DNA of 29,827 nt from Fibrobacteria bacterium (GTDB taxonomy: Bacteria; Fibrobacterota; Chitinivibrionia; Chitinivibrionales; FEN-1185), in contig JBBIGR010000019.1 in assembly GCA_037447435.1 (NCBI GenBank), forward strand, positions 45,469 to 75,295, written 5' to 3'. Below are positions 28,681 through 29,827 of this stretch, in pieces. The notes beneath the pieces were generated by a model. That model ran no database searches. It saw only the letters and a program-made list of their open reading frames with translations, and was not told the origin of the DNA. Position 1 is the stretch's first letter. Each line of letters opens with the position of its first letter. The translations under genes and the position numbers were made by a program.

Positions 28681-29025
28681 TCATTCCTTTACGAAAATGG
28701 AGAATAGCTCAATACCTTCATTGCCGGCTGATATTTCGTGCACAATCTTTCTTGGAATTTTATAGATATCTCCTGGCCAATATTCAATCGTTTCCTTTCC
28801 CCGACGAGCGCTGCCACTGCCTGAAACAACAAAATGGAATTCTATCTCATCTTCGTGGATATGTGGGGAAATCGATTTCAATGCATCTACCTTTACTATG
28901 AAACTGCGCCAACCATTTCCTTTCTCAAAATCAATCTCTGCCATGGCAACGCCGGAAAACTTTGGATGTGGTTTCCATTCTGCTGCAATCTTGCGGTTTG
29001 AAATTGTGAAGCATTTGTCGACCAT
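28681..29025 (-). CDS. Cupin domain protein
   Basis: PHIHEDEIEFHFVVSGSG, PGDIYKIPRKIVH; SD AGGAGG. Confidence 0.85.
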   Translation of the reverse strand: MVDKCFTISNRKIAAEWKPHPKFSGVAMAEIDFEKGNGWRSFIVKVDALKSISPHIHEDEIEFHFVVSGSGSARRGKETIEYWPGDIYKIPRKIVHEISAGNEGIELFSIFVKE

Positions 29026-29375
29026 AGACTTTTTCCTCCTGCGCTTAAGTGATATTTAAACAAGTGCAGATCATGGATATGGTTATCCGAGATCTACTTG
29101 TGCTATAAAATGTGTCGCAAAAAGAAAAAAGTATTGTAAGTTTGTGACATAAATTTAAATTTGGGCTTCTATCGCAAGGCGCAGGACGCGCGGCCTCATC
29201 TAAAATCATCTCGAAATTTTGTAGTAAGCGCTAAATTAAATATGGCGAGCAAATTGTATTTTATCAGGTATTTCTAATATTCTATTTTCTTCAATATCCT
29301 CTTTGACACCTTTATTAGCAAGGAATCTGCGTTTACACATTCAACTTTCTTTCGCCCAGCCATTTGACAATTTAG

Positions 29376-29410
29376 GGATCGCGATGGTCAAAGAAGCAGC
29401 TTGTTTTTGT
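29376..29410 (+). repeat. 35-bp direct repeat, right copy
   Basis: Identical to 24642-24676. Confidence 0.92.
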
Positions 29411-29634
29411 ATCCAATATCGGAGGTTGTGCCAAACTTCAAGGGAAACACATACGAAGTGTATGGTGATTCTTCCAGATATAGTGAATCGGTTTTGAATG
29501 ATATTGCAGTATGTTTCAACATTATAAACGGCGGATTTCCTTGCCAAGCATAATTAACATTTGAAGTTTCGGTCACAAGTCGAAATTTATCTTCCTTAAT
29601 CGCAAAGCAGTAGCGAAAAATGCCTTTTTGTCAT
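29388..29634 (-). pseudogene. Probable disrupted gene remnant
   Basis: GAGG plus ATG at 29634 gives only MTKRHFSLLLCD*. A shifted frame stays open for ~80 codons (..IKEDKFRLVTETSNVNY..KNKLLL*) and ends inside the 35-bp repeat. Confidence 0.35.
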
Positions 29635-29650
29635 TCCTCGTCCTTCTTTT

Positions 29651-29779
29651 TCAGTGTTCCGCTTTTTGCGAATAATACTTCTGATTTGGACTTGTCAATT
29701 TGTCGGGGATTGTTGGATGTAAAAGTCCTTGTTTAAGCAACGGATTCAGAATTTCCTTTCGAAAATGCTCTCTATGCAT
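29651..29779 (-). pseudogene. Isolated C-terminal winged-HTH fragment of the type found on Fic and AlbA/RecG-like proteins
   Basis: Hand translation: MHREHFRKEILNPLLKQGLLHPTIPDKLTSPNQKYYSQKAEH*. It resembles the Fic-like C-terminal motif (FR...LNPL...GL...TIPDKP.S.NQKY). An in-frame stop lies nine codons upstream of the ATG. Confidence 0.6.
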
Positions 29780-29827
29780 AATATTGCCCCATTCGGCACC
29801 TGATTATTGTTTGATCCGGCACCCTGT

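Noticed and set aside
22717..29025. Integron cassette array (co-oriented heterogeneous genes)
   Set aside because: I found no convincing RYYYAAC...GTTRRRY attC sites after the stops and no integrase. An IntegronFinder run would settle it.
29236..29340. 34-aa minus-strand ORF (MCKRRFLANK...)
   Set aside because: It is too short, AT-rich and without recognisable homology to support a call.

Overview
Bacterial genomic window. The C-terminal sorting tails and lipoprotein style suggest an FCB-group lineage, possibly Fibrobacterota (inference only). The left part (1-11.5 kb) is mostly housekeeping: a DUF3857/transglutaminase-like protein, a rhodanese, tex, an extended ndk, and a co-oriented run of acyltransferase, PTS-IIA/diadenylate cyclase fusion, pgi, yjbQ and pfkA. 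The middle (11.5-22.6 kb, minus strand) is an AmmeMemoRadiSam cluster (amrS, amrB, amrA) whose three proteins all carry export-like N-termini, Tat-like on the radical SAM enzyme. It is split by a MazF-type toxin-antitoxin pair and followed by a degenerate membrane spermidine-synthase-like gene and a polyphosphate block (ppx, ppk1, HD-CHAD-SixA triple fusion). The right part (22.7-29.8 kb) is accessory: DUF1801, a secreted GH16, five genes bracketed by a perfect 35-bp direct repeat, and gene remnants. A two-hairpin element of about 75-85 bp occurs twice in tandem before pfkA and once, diverged but with preserved pairing, before the GH16 gene. No rRNA, intact tRNA, CRISPR array, integrase or transposase was seen.
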